From Alphaproteobacteria bacterium (GTDB lineage: Bacteria; Pseudomonadota; Alphaproteobacteria; SP197), in contig OZ251464.1 in the NCBI GenBank assembly GCA_965242595.1, positions 1,188,301 through 1,252,300 of the forward strand: a DNA stretch of 64,000 bases, in the 5' to 3' direction. The position numbers were made by a program, and so were the translations under genes. Positions 1 to 11,513 of the stretch are shown here, one piece after another. The stretch's first letter is position 1; every line of letters starts with the position of its first letter. The notes beneath the pieces are model-generated. The model saw only the letters and a list, made by a program, of their open reading frames with translations, searched no databases and was not told the origin of the DNA.

Positions 1-1
1 C

Positions 2-1252
2 CCCTACGGCTATGCCCCGCCCCAGGATGGCGAGCGGCCCTTCGCCATCCACGTCGCGGCGATGCCCACGCCCTGGAACGACGCCACCACGCTGCTGCGC
101 ATCGCCATCCAGGGCCGGCGGCTGGAACGCGCCGCCGCCCCGCGCGCCAATCTGGTGTTCCTGATCGACAGCTCGGGCTCCATGGACGCGCCGGACAAGC
201 TGCCGCTGCTGATCGCCTCGTTCAAACTGTTGCTGGAGACGCTGAACGACGACGACAGGGTGGCCATCGTCACCTATGCCGGGGCGGCCGGCACGGTGCT
301 GCCACCCACCAGAGCCGCCCGCCGCGCCCGCATCCTGGCCGCCCTGGAAAGCCTTCATGCCGGCGGCTCCACCGCCGGCGGCGAGGGGCTGCGCCAGGCC
401 TATCTGCTGGCCCAACGCCATTTCGTGCCAGACGGCATCAACCGCGTCATCCTGGCCACCGACGGCGATTTCAACCTGGGCATATCCGATCCGGACCAGC
501 TGGAAGGCTACATCGCCCGCCAGCGGGAAGGCGGCGTCTTCCTCTCGGTGCTGGGCTTCGGCATGGGCAACTACAACGACGCGCTGATGCAGCGCCTGGC
601 CCAGAACGGCAACGGCAACGCCGCCTATATCGACTCCCTGCCAGAGGCGCGCAAAGTGCTGGTGGAGGAGGCGACGGCGATGCTGTTCCCGATCGCCGAA
701 GACGTGAAGGTGCAGGTGGAGTTCAACCCGGCCATGGTGGCCGAATACCGGCTGATCGGCTACGAAACCCGCTTGCTGGCCCGGGAAGACTTCGCCAACG
801 ACAAGGTCGATGCCGGCGAAATCGGCGCCGGCCACGCCGTCACCGCCCTCTACGAGCTGACGCCGCCAGACTCGCCCGCCCGCCTGATCGAACCGCTGCG
901 CTACGGCCAGCCGCAAGGGGAAGGGAGAGCCTTCGCCGGCGAGATCGCTTTCCTGAAGCTGCGCTACAAGCTGCCAGGGGCCGAATCCGGCGCCACAATC
1001 GCCCACCCGGTGACCGCCGCCGATCTTTTCGAAAGCAGCGCACAGGCCCCCGAAAACCTGCGCTTCGCGGCGGCGGTGGCCGCCTTCGGCCAGCTGCTGC
1101 GCGGCGGGCGCTACACCGGCGCCTTCGATTACGACCGCGTCATCGCCCTGGCCCAGGGCGCCAGGGGCGACGACCCGTTCGGCTATCGGGCCGAGTTCGT
1201 CACCCTGGTGCGCCTGGCGAAATCCGCCGCCGCCATGGCGCCGCCGCCCTGA
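2..1252 (+). CDS. von Willebrand factor A (VWA) domain protein, YfbK-like; 5' end truncated by window edge
   Basis: Frame is open from position 2, so the listed M at 62 is probably internal. DxSGS MIDAS motif (LIDSSGSMD) and ...TDGDFN... are typical of VWA; a long C-terminal region resembles YfbK/DUF3520. Confidence 0.7.
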   Translation, partial: PYGYAPPQDGERPFAIHVAAMPTPWNDATTLLRIAIQGRRLERAAAPRANLVFLIDSSGSMDAPDKLPLLIASFKLLLETLNDDDRVAIVTYAGAAGTVLPPTRAARRARILAALESLHAGGSTAGGEGLRQAYLLAQRHFVPDGINRVILATDGDFNLGISDPDQLEGYIARQREGGVFLSVLGFGMGNYNDALMQRLAQNGNGNAAYIDSLPEARKVLVEEATAMLFPIAEDVKVQVEFNPAMVAEYRLIGYETRLLAREDFANDKVDAGEIGAGHAVTALYELTPPDSPARLIEPLRYGQPQGEGRAFAGEIAFLKLRYKLPGAESGATIAHPVTAADLFESSAQAPENLRFAAAVAAFGQLLRGGRYTGAFDYDRVIALAQGARGDDPFGYRAEFVTLVRLAKSAAAMAPPP

Positions 1253-1350
1253 TCGCCCCCACCGCGCCGGGAAAGGCCCGGAAAGACAGGGGTGAGAATT
1301 TTCTCCCCCGCCCCCTTGCCAGCGCCGGCGGCGGCGGTTAGGGTGGCGCC

Positions 1351-1671
1351 ATGGCGAACGTTCTCTCCTTCGTTTCCTTCGCGCGCAAGCGCAAGGAAGC
1401 CGCCGCCCTCGAAGAGGCCAAGGACGCCCTCGAAGAGGCCAAGGCCAAGGACGCCCTCGTCAAGGCCGTCATCAAGGGTCTGGACACCGAGGGTTTCGTC
1501 ACCAAGGCCGAGCTGGAGGCGCTCGAGGCCAAGCTCAACGCCGAGATGGCCCGTATCCACGCCGAGATGGCGGAGTTGAGGGCCGCCGTCGCCGCCGTGG
1601 AACGCTATGCGCTGCTGACCGCAATCGCCTTGAACTGCCTCGTCGCCGTCGCCGTCAAGCTGGGAGGCTGA
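1351..1671 (+). CDS. small coiled-coil protein with hydrophobic C-terminal anchor (DUF1640-like?), hypothetical
   Basis: 106 aa with an EEAKDALEEAKAKDAL repeat-like coiled coil and a C-terminal LLTAIALNCLVAVAV hydrophobic segment. No recognisable enzymatic motif. Confidence 0.4.
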   Translation: MANVLSFVSFARKRKEAAALEEAKDALEEAKAKDALVKAVIKGLDTEGFVTKAELEALEAKLNAEMARIHAEMAELRAAVAAVERYALLTAIALNCLVAVAVKLGG

Positions 1672-1688
1672 CGCCGCCCCGCCCCGCC

Positions 1689-2573
1689 TCAGACGAAGGC
1701 CTGCCCGGTCAACCGCTCGAACGCCTCGACATAGCGCGCCCTGGTGCGCCGGACGATATGGGCGGGCAGGGCCGGCCCCGGCGGGCGCCGATCCCAGCCG
1801 GGCAGCGAATCCAGCCAGTCGCGCACGAACTGCTTGTCGAAGCCGGCGCTCATATGGCCGGGGCGCCAGTCCGCGGCCGGCCAATAGCGGGCGCTGTCGC
1901 CGGTCAGGCATTCGTCGGCCAGCACCAGGGCGCCATCCACCACGCCCATTTCGAACTTGGTGTCGGCCAGGATCAGGCCGCAGCCTTCGGCATGGGCCGC
2001 CGCCGCCTCGTAAAGCGCCAGCGCCGCCGCCCGCGCCTGGCGGGCAAGCCCCCCGCCCACCAGCGCCGCCATGCGGGCAAAATCGATGGCCTCGTCATGG
2101 CCGCCATGGTCGGCCTTGGTGGCGGGCGTGAAGATGGGCCGCGCCAGCCGCTCGCCCTGGGCCATGCCGGGCGGCAGCGCCATGCCGCAAACCGCGCCGC
2201 TGGCCCGGTAATCGCGCCAGGCGCTGCCGGCCAGATAGCCGCGCACCACCAGTTCCACCGGCAGCATCCGTGCCTCGCGCACCACCATGGCGCGCCCTTG
2301 CAGCCAGGCGCGCTCGTCGTCCGTCAGCGCCAGCCCGTCCAGCTCGCAGCCCAGCACATGGTTGGGCAGAATGGGGGCGAGGCGTTCGAACCAGAACAGC
2401 GACAGGGCGGTCAGCAGGCGGCCCTTGTCGGGAATCGGCGTCGGCAGCGCCACGTCGAAGGCGCTGATGCGGTCGCTGGCGACCATCAGCAGGCGCCCGC
2501 CATCCAGACGGTAAAGGTCGCGCACCTTGCCGCGCCGGAAAGGCGCCAGATGCCGAAGCCTGTGATCGCCCAT
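1689..2573 (-). CDS. purC: phosphoribosylaminoimidazole-succinocarboxamide synthase (SAICAR synthetase)
   Basis: Translation MGDHRLRHLAPFRRGKVRDLYRL...MVASDRISAFD...LADTKFEMG matches PurC N- and C-terminal motifs. It is the lower part of the listed 755-aa composite ORF; the start was taken at the ATG at 2571-2573. Confidence 0.9.
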   Translation of the reverse strand: MGDHRLRHLAPFRRGKVRDLYRLDGGRLLMVASDRISAFDVALPTPIPDKGRLLTALSLFWFERLAPILPNHVLGCELDGLALTDDERAWLQGRAMVVREARMLPVELVVRGYLAGSAWRDYRASGAVCGMALPPGMAQGERLARPIFTPATKADHGGHDEAIDFARMAALVGGGLARQARAAALALYEAAAAHAEGCGLILADTKFEMGVVDGALVLADECLTGDSARYWPAADWRPGHMSAGFDKQFVRDWLDSLPGWDRRPPGPALPAHIVRRTRARYVEAFERLTGQAFV

Positions 2574-2647
2574 GGCCGCCGCGCCAGCTTGCCCAGGTTG
2601 CAAGGCCTTTTCATTGGCGGCGCCCACCGCCGCCGTCAAGGGCGCGT

Positions 2648-3892
2648 TCAGACCAGCGCCACCTTGTTGCCGGGGTGGCGCTCGATGCGGCCCGCCAGCT
2701 CCATCTCGATCAACAGAGTCTGGAGGGCGGCCGGCGCGATGCGGCAGCGGCGCACCAGCTCGTCCACCTCCACCGCCTCGCTGCCCAGCGCGCTGGCCAG
2801 CCGCTGGCGGGCATCGTCCGCCTCGCCTTCCGCGCCGCCCCGCCCGCCATCGCCCGCAGCGGCGCGCTCCTCTGCCCCGGGCGGCGGCGCCAAGGGTTCG
2901 GGCCCGGCGCTGTCGTCCGTTCCGGGCGCTGGCGCCAGCGCGAACACCGGGCTGTCGGCGGCCAGAGGCGGGCGGGCCGCCAGCGTTTCCAGACCGGCGA
3001 TGACATCGGCGCCGCTTTCCACCAGCACCGCGCCGGCGCGGATCAACTGGTTGGGCCCACGCGCGCGTTGGTCGCGCGGCGAACCGGGCACGGCGAACAC
3101 CCGGCGTCCGTTCTCGGCCGCCAGCCGGGCGGTGATCAGCGCGCCCGAGCGCAAGGTCGCCTCCACCACCACCACGCCCAGCGCCAGCCCCGCCAGGATG
3201 CGGTTGCGGCGCGGGAAATGGCCGGGGCGCGGCACCGTGCCCAGGGGCTGGTCGCTGACGATCAGGCCGCGCCGGGCGATGTCGTCGCGCAGGGCGGCGT
3301 TTTCCGGCGGATAGACGTGATCGATCCCGCCCGCCACCACGGCGATGGTGCCGCCCGCCGCCGTGCCGCCCTCTGGCGCGTCGCCCGCCAATGCGCCGCC
3401 CGCCAATGCGCCGCGATGGGCGGCGGCGTCGATGCCCCGCGCCAGGCCGGAGACGACGGCATAGCCGGCCCGGGCCAGATCGCGGGCCAGGGTTTCCGTA
3501 AAGCGTCGCCCGCCGGCCGAGGCGTTGCGGGCGCCCACCACCGCCACCGCCGGGCGGGCGAGCAGGCGCGGCTGCCCCAGCAGGGCCAGGGCGGCGGGCG
3601 CATCGGCGATCTCGTCCAGCAGCGGCGGCCAGGCGCTGTCGCCGCCCACGGTCATGCGCCCGCCGATCCCGGCAAGCTCTGCCAGTTCGCGCCGGATCGG
3701 CCCGGCGGCGGGGATGCGCACGCCTGCGAAGCGCCCGGGGGCGGCAGCCAACCTGGGCAGCGCCTGCAACGCCGCCTGGGGACTGGAGAAGCGGCGCAGC
3801 AGGGCGGCCCGGCGGCGCGGCCCCAGCCCGGCGGCGCGCGCCAGGGTGAGGATGGCGACCAGGCGCTCCTCGCTCGCCTCTGCCGTGCTCAC
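2648..3892 (-). CDS. dprA: DNA processing protein DprA (Smf)
   Basis: 414 aa with a Rossmann-like DprA core (VVGARNASAGG...AVVSGLARGIDAAAHRGAL...VVAGGIDHVYPPEN...VFAVPGSP) and a C-terminal winged-helix. Contains a perfect 15-bp tandem duplication at 3383-3412. Confidence 0.9.
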   Translation of the reverse strand: MSTAEASEERLVAILTLARAAGLGPRRRAALLRRFSSPQAALQALPRLAAAPGRFAGVRIPAAGPIRRELAELAGIGGRMTVGGDSAWPPLLDEIADAPAALALLGQPRLLARPAVAVVGARNASAGGRRFTETLARDLARAGYAVVSGLARGIDAAAHRGALAGGALAGDAPEGGTAAGGTIAVVAGGIDHVYPPENAALRDDIARRGLIVSDQPLGTVPRPGHFPRRNRILAGLALGVVVVEATLRSGALITARLAAENGRRVFAVPGSPRDQRARGPNQLIRAGAVLVESGADVIAGLETLAARPPLAADSPVFALAPAPGTDDSAGPEPLAPPPGAEERAAAGDGGRGGAEGEADDARQRLASALGSEAVEVDELVRRCRIAPAALQTLLIEMELAGRIERHPGNKVALV

Positions 3893-3974
3893 GGCGGCGC
3901 GCTCCGGCGCGGGCAGGGGGCGCGCCTGCCGCCTCGAGGCCGCGCCGCCATGCCACCCCGTCCGCAGGCCGCGC

Positions 3975-5195
3975 TCAATGCCGCGTCTTTTCCGGGTGCA
4001 GCCGCGTCTTGTCGGGATCGACGAAGGGAACCGGCGTCACCGTGGCGGCGATGGCCCCCGACGGCGTTTCTATGGCGAGCTCCTGGCCGGGGGCGGCCAG
4101 CGCCAGCGGCACCATGGCATAGCCGATGGTCCGTTGCAGCGCGAAGGACCACACCGCGCAGGTGGCCTTGCCGACCCTTTCGCCGCCGTGGCAGACCGGC
4201 CAGGGCAGGGTGTCCCGCCCGCTTTCCCAGGGCATCTTGCCCCTGTCAGTGTCGATTCGTTCCGGCGTGGCATAGCCCACCAGCTTGCGGGCGATGCCCT
4301 GGGCGTGGATGCGGCGCAGCGCCTCGCGCCCGATATAGGGCAGCTCTTTTTCCAGATCGATCAGCCGCCCCAGCCCGATCTCGAACGGGTTGTGCTCCGG
4401 GCAGGCTTCGCGGGCGGTGTCCAGGATGCCGGCCTCGATGCGGCGCGCCTCCGAGGTGCCCGCCGCCGCCAGGCCGAAGGGGCGCCCGGCGGCCAGGATG
4501 GCGTCCCACAGCTCCACCCCCCGCGCCAGGTCGGTGAGATAGACCTCATAACCGAACTCGCCGGTCCAGCCGGTGCGGGTGATCACCAGCTCCATATCGC
4601 CCAGCGCCGCCCGCGTCAGCCGGTAGAAGCCCAGCCCGGCCACCTCCTCGCCCAGCAGGGCGGCCACGACCCGGCGCGCCTTCGGCCCCTGCACCTGCAG
4701 CGGGGCGGCCTCGGCCAGGGCAACCTCCACCTCCATGCCCAGCCCCGCCGCCAGCCCCCGCATCCAGCCCAGATCGCCGGAAAGCCAATAGCGGTTTTCC
4801 TCCAGCCGCAGGATCACCGAATCCATCAGCACCCGCCCGGCCTGGTCGCACAGCAGCACATAGCGGCACTGGCCCGGCGCGCAGCGGCGCATGTCGCGGG
4901 CCAGCATCAGATCGACGAAGGCGGCCGCCTGCGGCCCGGCGATCTCCACCGGCCGTTCCACCGGCGGGTCGAACAGCACGGCGTCGTTCACCAGCTTGCG
5001 GTATTCCTGTTCGGCGTCCAGCAGCTGCAGGGGATAGTAGGTCTGATGCGAGATGTTGTAGGAGGCGACGGAATAGGCGCTGCAACCGTCGCGCAGGGTG
5101 GCCCGGTGAAAGGGGGAGGGCCGCACCGAGCGCGCCGCCACCAGACGCACCCCGCCGCCTGCCTGGGCGCCCCGCCCCATGCTGCCGATGGCCAT
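3975..5195 (-). CDS. glycine-cleavage T-protein family aminomethyltransferase (GcvT/DmdA-like)
   Basis: Folate-binding aminomethyltransferase fold: N-terminal SPFH..LRDGC..YSVASY resembles the GcvT start, and the C-terminal barrel domain is present. The ORF extends to 5276; start chosen at MAIGSM (5195), uncertain. Confidence 0.7.
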   Translation of the reverse strand: MAIGSMGRGAQAGGGVRLVAARSVRPSPFHRATLRDGCSAYSVASYNISHQTYYPLQLLDAEQEYRKLVNDAVLFDPPVERPVEIAGPQAAAFVDLMLARDMRRCAPGQCRYVLLCDQAGRVLMDSVILRLEENRYWLSGDLGWMRGLAAGLGMEVEVALAEAAPLQVQGPKARRVVAALLGEEVAGLGFYRLTRAALGDMELVITRTGWTGEFGYEVYLTDLARGVELWDAILAAGRPFGLAAAGTSEARRIEAGILDTAREACPEHNPFEIGLGRLIDLEKELPYIGREALRRIHAQGIARKLVGYATPERIDTDRGKMPWESGRDTLPWPVCHGGERVGKATCAVWSFALQRTIGYAMVPLALAAPGQELAIETPSGAIAATVTPVPFVDPDKTRLHPEKTRH

Positions 5196-5316
5196 CTCTC
5201 GCTCCCCCTTCAGTGCGCGCGGTGCCCGTCGGCCGGGCGCTTGGCAGAGACTGGCGGGGCGGGCGGGCACGGTCAAGCGGCGGCGCCCGTCGATGCCAGG
5301 TCGATGGCGACCGGCG

Positions 5317-6219
5317 TCAATGCCAGCTGGCCTCGCCCAGCCGGGCGGTTTTCATCAAGCGGCTGTCTTCGACATATTCGCCGCCCTCCGGCGAGGCCGG
5401 CATCACCTCGGCATAGCGATCTTCCAGCACCACATGGGGATCCTGGCCTTCCACCCAGCCCAGGAAGCTGCCGTGGAGCTTGTAGCCGATCAGCTCCTGC
5501 ACATTGCGGGGCAGGTTTCTGGCGATCTGGGGCGGCACGGCCAGATACTGGTTTTCCTCCTGGCGCAGCCAGCCCAGGCTGTAGCCGGTGATCATGCCGG
5601 TGCGGACCTCTTCGGCGCTGCGGTTGCGCCCGCCGCCGTGGAACACCGAGCCCAGATAGAGCAGGCAGGAGCCCCGGGGCATGACCGCCTGCGCGATCTC
5701 GTGCTCGGGGCCGGGATAGCTGTCGTCGTCCCACAGATGGCTGCCCGGCACCACATTGGTGGCGCCGTTTTCGGCCGTGAAGTCGGTCAGCGCCCACATG
5801 GTGTTGCACAGGCATTGCGGGCCGGGGTGGCGGAACGGTATCAGCCCATCGTCGCGGTGGAGGATCTGGCGGCCTTCGCCGGGGCCGATGGCGACCGCCT
5901 GGGTGACGTGCAGCTGATAGCTTTCGCAGCGCGGCAGAAGCAGCTTGTCCATCACCGCCAGGATGGCGGGATGGGCCGCCAGCTCTGTGCCATAGCTGGG
6001 CGATTTGGCCACCAGGGCCGCCACCCGCTTGGTCTTGTAGCCCCAGAACTCGCCCTCGCCGTGATAGGCGCGGGCGAGATAGGGTTGCAGCTCGGCGGCG
6101 ACGCGGTCGATGACGCCATCGTCCACCAGCTGGCGATAGATGACGGCGCCGTCCTGCTCCAGCACGGCCAGCGCCTCCTCGGCGGATGCGTGGCGGTCCA
6201 GTGAACGGATTTCGGCCAT
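5317..6219 (-). CDS. phytanoyl-CoA dioxygenase (PhyH) family Fe(II)/2-oxoglutarate oxygenase
   Basis: 300 aa with HxD...H facial-triad context (ILHRDDG... NVVPGSHLWDDD ... SVFHGGGRNRS) typical of the PhyH family. Confidence 0.6.
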   Translation of the reverse strand: MAEIRSLDRHASAEEALAVLEQDGAVIYRQLVDDGVIDRVAAELQPYLARAYHGEGEFWGYKTKRVAALVAKSPSYGTELAAHPAILAVMDKLLLPRCESYQLHVTQAVAIGPGEGRQILHRDDGLIPFRHPGPQCLCNTMWALTDFTAENGATNVVPGSHLWDDDSYPGPEHEIAQAVMPRGSCLLYLGSVFHGGGRNRSAEEVRTGMITGYSLGWLRQEENQYLAVPPQIARNLPRNVQELIGYKLHGSFLGWVEGQDPHVVLEDRYAEVMPASPEGGEYVEDSRLMKTARLGEASWH

Positions 6220-6256
6220 GGCAGCTTCTCCCCCCTATTGTTGCGATGCGGCGATG

Positions 6257-6673
6257 CTAGCGCCCGCCGCCCGGCGGCGACAGCCCCGCGCCGCCGTGGC
6301 GGGCGAGCCAGGGCGCCAGCCCGTCCGGGTTCGCCGCCAGGTCGAAGGCAGGCGGCAGCGCCGGATGAAAGCGGGCGCCGCACCCGGCCGCCATGGCGGC
6401 GATGGGGGCTGTGGCATGGGGCGGGCCGGCGAGATGCAGATCGCGCCAGCCCAGGCGCAGGGCGAGCATGGCCCAGCCGGGATCGCTGCCGCAATCCAGC
6501 AGCGCCGGCGGGCTGCCGGCCTGGCGCATGGCCTCCAGCAGATAGCCCGGCCCCAGCCGCGCGCAGGCCTCCGGCGCCGTCACCAGCAGCGCCGTCACGC
6601 CCATGGCGGCGGCGGTGGCGCTGGCGTGGCGGGCCTGCTGCGCGCTGGCGACCAGGATGGCGGGCGCCGTCAT
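6257..6673 (-). CDS. hypothetical protein, translationally coupled to pgk (ATGA overlap)
   Basis: 138-aa ORF starting MTAPAILVASAQQ; its ATG overlaps the pgk stop (ATGA at 6670-6673). No motif recognised. Confidence 0.35.
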   Translation of the reverse strand: MTAPAILVASAQQARHASATAAAMGVTALLVTAPEACARLGPGYLLEAMRQAGSPPALLDCGSDPGWAMLALRLGWRDLHLAGPPHATAPIAAMAAGCGARFHPALPPAFDLAANPDGLAPWLARHGGAGLSPPGGGR

Positions 6674-8007
6674 CGCGCCGCCGCCTCCAGGGCGGCGATG
6701 GCGGGCAGGGTGTGGCCCGCCAGCCATTCCAGGAAGGCGCCGCCGGCGCTGGAGACATAGGAGAAATCGTCGCCGACGCCGGCCCGGGCCAGCGCCGCCG
6801 CGGTGTCGCCGCCGCCGGCCACCGAATGCAGGCGCCCGGCGCGGGTCAGCGCCGCCGCGTGGCGGGCCAGCGCCACGGTGCCATGCTCGAAGCCGGCCAG
6901 CTCGAAGGCGCCCAGCGGCCCGTTCCAGATCAGGGTTTCGGCCTCTTCCAGGCGCCGGGCGATGGCGGCGACGCTGGCCGGGCCGATATCCAGCACGATG
7001 GCGGCGGCGGGAACGGCATCGATGGCCACGGTGCGCGCCGGCGCGCCGGCGGCGATGCGCTCTGCCACCACCGCATCCCGGGGCAGCAGCAGCTCGCAGC
7101 CACGCTCGCGCGCGTCCTTCAGGATGGCGCGGGCGGCAGCCATCATGGCGGTCTCGACCGGCGAGGCGCCGGTGGCGATGCCGCTGGCGGCCAGGAAGGT
7201 GTTGGCCATGGCCCCGCCGATGGCCAGCACATCGGCCCGTTGCGCCAGCCGCCCCAGCAAGGCCAGCTTGGTAGAAACCTTGGCCCCGCCGACGATGGCG
7301 GCCACCACGCCGCCCCGCAGCTGGTCGGCGTGATCGAACGAGTCGCCGCCCCGTAGCTGGCCGGCGTGATCGGAAGAGCCGCCGCCCCGCAGCTGGTCGG
7401 CGTGATCGGAAGAGCCGCTGCCCCGCAGCTGACCCCCGCGGGCGGAATCGGGCGCGGGGAAGGCCGCCTCCAGCGCCTCCAGCTCGCGCTGCATGGCGCG
7501 CCCGGCCGCGGCGGGCAGGCGCGCCGCCAGGGCGGCGGTGGAGGCGTGGGCGCGATGGGCGACCGAAAAGGCATCGTTGACATAAAGCTCGCCATGGCCG
7601 GCCAGGGCGTCGGCGAAGGCGCCGTCATTGGCCTCTTCCCCGGCGTGAAAGCGCAGATTCTCCAGCATGACGACCCCGCCCGGGGCCAGGGCGGCGACGG
7701 CGGCGCTGGCGGCGGGGCCGACGCAATCGGCGGCGAAAGCCACCGGCCGCCCCAGGCGCCGGGCCAGCGCCCGGGCCACCGGGGCCAGCGACAGCTCCGC
7801 CCGCGCCTGCCCGCCGGGGCGCCCGAGATGGGAGAGCACGACGATCTTCGCGCCCGCCGCCATCAGCTCGCGCAGGGTGGGCAGCGCCCGTTCCAGGCGG
7901 GTGGCGTCGGCGATCTCGCCCTCCGCCAGCGGCAGGTTGAGGTCCAGCCGCAGCAGCACCCGCCGCCCGGCGGGGCGGAGACGGTCCAGGGTGTGGAAGC
8001 GTCGCAC
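6670..8007 (-). CDS. pgk: phosphoglycerate kinase with in-frame repeat insertion
   Basis: FHTLDRLRPAGRRVLLRLDLNLPL N-terminus, then ...MLENLRFHAGEE..., ...VVAAIVGGAKVSTKL..., ...LIWNGPLGAFE. Start assigned to the GTG at 8005-8007, 8 bp after the gap stop. About 45 extra aa come from a 36-bp tandem repeat at 7305-7436. Confidence 0.88.
   Translation of the reverse strand: MRRFHTLDRLRPAGRRVLLRLDLNLPLAEGEIADATRLERALPTLRELMAAGAKIVVLSHLGRPGGQARAELSLAPVARALARRLGRPVAFAADCVGPAASAAVAALAPGGVVMLENLRFHAGEEANDGAFADALAGHGELYVNDAFSVAHRAHASTAALAARLPAAAGRAMQRELEALEAAFPAPDSARGGQLRGSGSSDHADQLRGGGSSDHAGQLRGGDSFDHADQLRGGVVAAIVGGAKVSTKLALLGRLAQRADVLAIGGAMANTFLAASGIATGASPVETAMMAAARAILKDARERGCELLLPRDAVVAERIAAGAPARTVAIDAVPAAAIVLDIGPASVAAIARRLEEAETLIWNGPLGAFELAGFEHGTVALARHAAALTRAGRLHSVAGGGDTAAALARAGVGDDFSYVSSAGGAFLEWLAGHTLPAIAALEAAAR
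7305..7436. repeat. 36-bp tandem repeat, about 3.4 copies, in-frame within pgk
   Basis: Units CGCCCCGCAGCTGGTCGGCGTGATCG(A/G)A(C/A)GAG(T/C)CGC at 7311-7346, 7347-7382 and 7383-7418, plus a partial copy. Encodes SDHADQLRGGGS-like repeats. Confidence 0.85.
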
Positions 8008-8015
8008 GCGCCCTG

Positions 8016-9023
8016 TCAGAGCAGGGCGGCCATGGCGGCGGCGGTATCGCCCATGCGGTTCGAGAAGCCCCATTCGTTGTCGTACCAGGCCAGCACGCGC
8101 ACGCAGCGCCCGTCGGTGACCTTGGTTTCGGCGAGGTCGAAGGTGGCGCTGGCCGGGTTGTGGTGGAAATCGGCCGAGACCAGCGGCTCGTCCGTCACCG
8201 CCAGCACGCCTTGCAGGGGGCCGGCGGCGGCCTCGCGCATGGCGTCGCCGATGGCCTCTGCCGTGGTCTGGGCCTCGGCCTCGAAGGTGAGGTCGATCAG
8301 GCTGACATTGGGCACCGGCACCCGGATGGCGGTGCCGTCCAGCCTGCCGGCGAGCTCCGGCAGCACCAGCCCCACCGCCCGGGCGGCGCCGGTGGAGGCG
8401 GGGATCATGGAAAGCGAGGCGGCGCGGGCGCGGCGCGGATCGCCATGCAGGCTGTCCACCGGGCGCTGATCGCCGGTGAAGGCGTGGACGGTGGTCATGA
8501 AGCCGTGGCGGATGCCCACCGCACGGTGCAGCACCTGGGCCACCGGCGCCAGGCAATTGGTGGTGCAGGAGGCGTTGGAGACTACCTTGTGAGTGCTGGC
8601 GAGCGCCTGGTGGTTGACGCCATAGACCACGGTGAGATCGGCCCCCGCCGCCGGTGCCGACACCAGCACCCTGGCGGCCCCGGCCGCGAGATGGGCGGCG
8701 GCCTTGTCTCTGGTGGCGAACAGGCCGGTGCATTCCATGGCGATATCGATGCCGAGCTCGGCCCAGGGCAGGGCGGCGGGATCGCGTTCGGCCAGCACGG
8801 CGATGCGCCGGCCGTCCACCTCCAGCCCGTCGCCCACCGCCGCCACCGCGCCCGGATAGGGGCCGTGGACGGAATCGCGCTTCAGCAGCTGGGCGTTGGC
8901 CTGGGGCGAACCCAGATCGTTGATGGCGACGATCTCCAGATCGTCGCGGCCCGCCTCCATGGCGGCGCGGAAGACGAGGCGGCCGATGCGGCCGAAACCG
9001 TTAATGGCGACGCGCGCGGGCAT
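8016..9023 (-). CDS. gap: glyceraldehyde-3-phosphate dehydrogenase
   Basis: MPARVAINGFGRIGR ... SNASCTTNCLAP ... WYDNEWGFS; 335 aa. Strong SD GGAGGAG lies 7 nt upstream. Confidence 0.95.
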   Translation of the reverse strand: MPARVAINGFGRIGRLVFRAAMEAGRDDLEIVAINDLGSPQANAQLLKRDSVHGPYPGAVAAVGDGLEVDGRRIAVLAERDPAALPWAELGIDIAMECTGLFATRDKAAAHLAAGAARVLVSAPAAGADLTVVYGVNHQALASTHKVVSNASCTTNCLAPVAQVLHRAVGIRHGFMTTVHAFTGDQRPVDSLHGDPRRARAASLSMIPASTGAARAVGLVLPELAGRLDGTAIRVPVPNVSLIDLTFEAEAQTTAEAIGDAMREAAAGPLQGVLAVTDEPLVSADFHHNPASATFDLAETKVTDGRCVRVLAWYDNEWGFSNRMGDTAAAMAALL

Positions 9024-9087
9024 GATCTCCTCCGGGACAGCAGCCTTACCTAGGCGATGGCGGCGGCGGCGGTCAACGGTGAGCGCG

Positions 9088-11094
<2,007 letters not shown>

Positions 11095-11260
11095 GCCCCG
11101 ATCTCCGGCGCCAGCCCCCCGAGAGGCCAGGGCCGGCACCTTGGCCGCCCCACCCCGCAGCGTCAACCGCCCGCCGGCCTGGACGCGCCACCCCATGGCG
11201 CCCGCCTTCTTCCCATGCTATCTTAGCAAGTGGCGATAACATATCGATCCAGGGTGGACA

Positions 11261-11509
11261 ATGAGCAACGAAGATGCGGCCATCGCGACGCTGGACCGGG
11301 CGCTGGCCCGCCTGGAACGGGCGCTGGAGCGCCTGTCGAACCGGGCGGATGGCGCCGCGCTGGAGGCGCTGGAAGGCGAAAACCGGCGCCTGAGCGGCGC
11401 CCTGGACGAAGCCAGACGCCACCACAAGCGGCTGGAGGGGCGCATGATGGATGTCAGCGGCAGGCTGGACGGTGTGATCGGCGACCTGAAAGCGGTGCTG
11501 GAGCGCTGA
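11261..11509 (+). CDS. small coiled-coil protein (DUF4164-like) preceding zapA
   Basis: 82 aa, entirely coiled-coil (LDRALARLERALERL...); conserved position upstream of zapA in alphaproteobacteria. Confidence 0.55.
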   Translation: MSNEDAAIATLDRALARLERALERLSNRADGAALEALEGENRRLSGALDEARRHHKRLEGRMMDVSGRLDGVIGDLKAVLER

Positions 11510-11513
11510 GGCG

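Noticed and set aside
1689-3956. Listed 755-aa minus-strand ORF
   Set aside because: A composite. Only the last 294 codons (purC, 1689-2573) are real; upstream it continues in a stop-free alternative frame across dprA.
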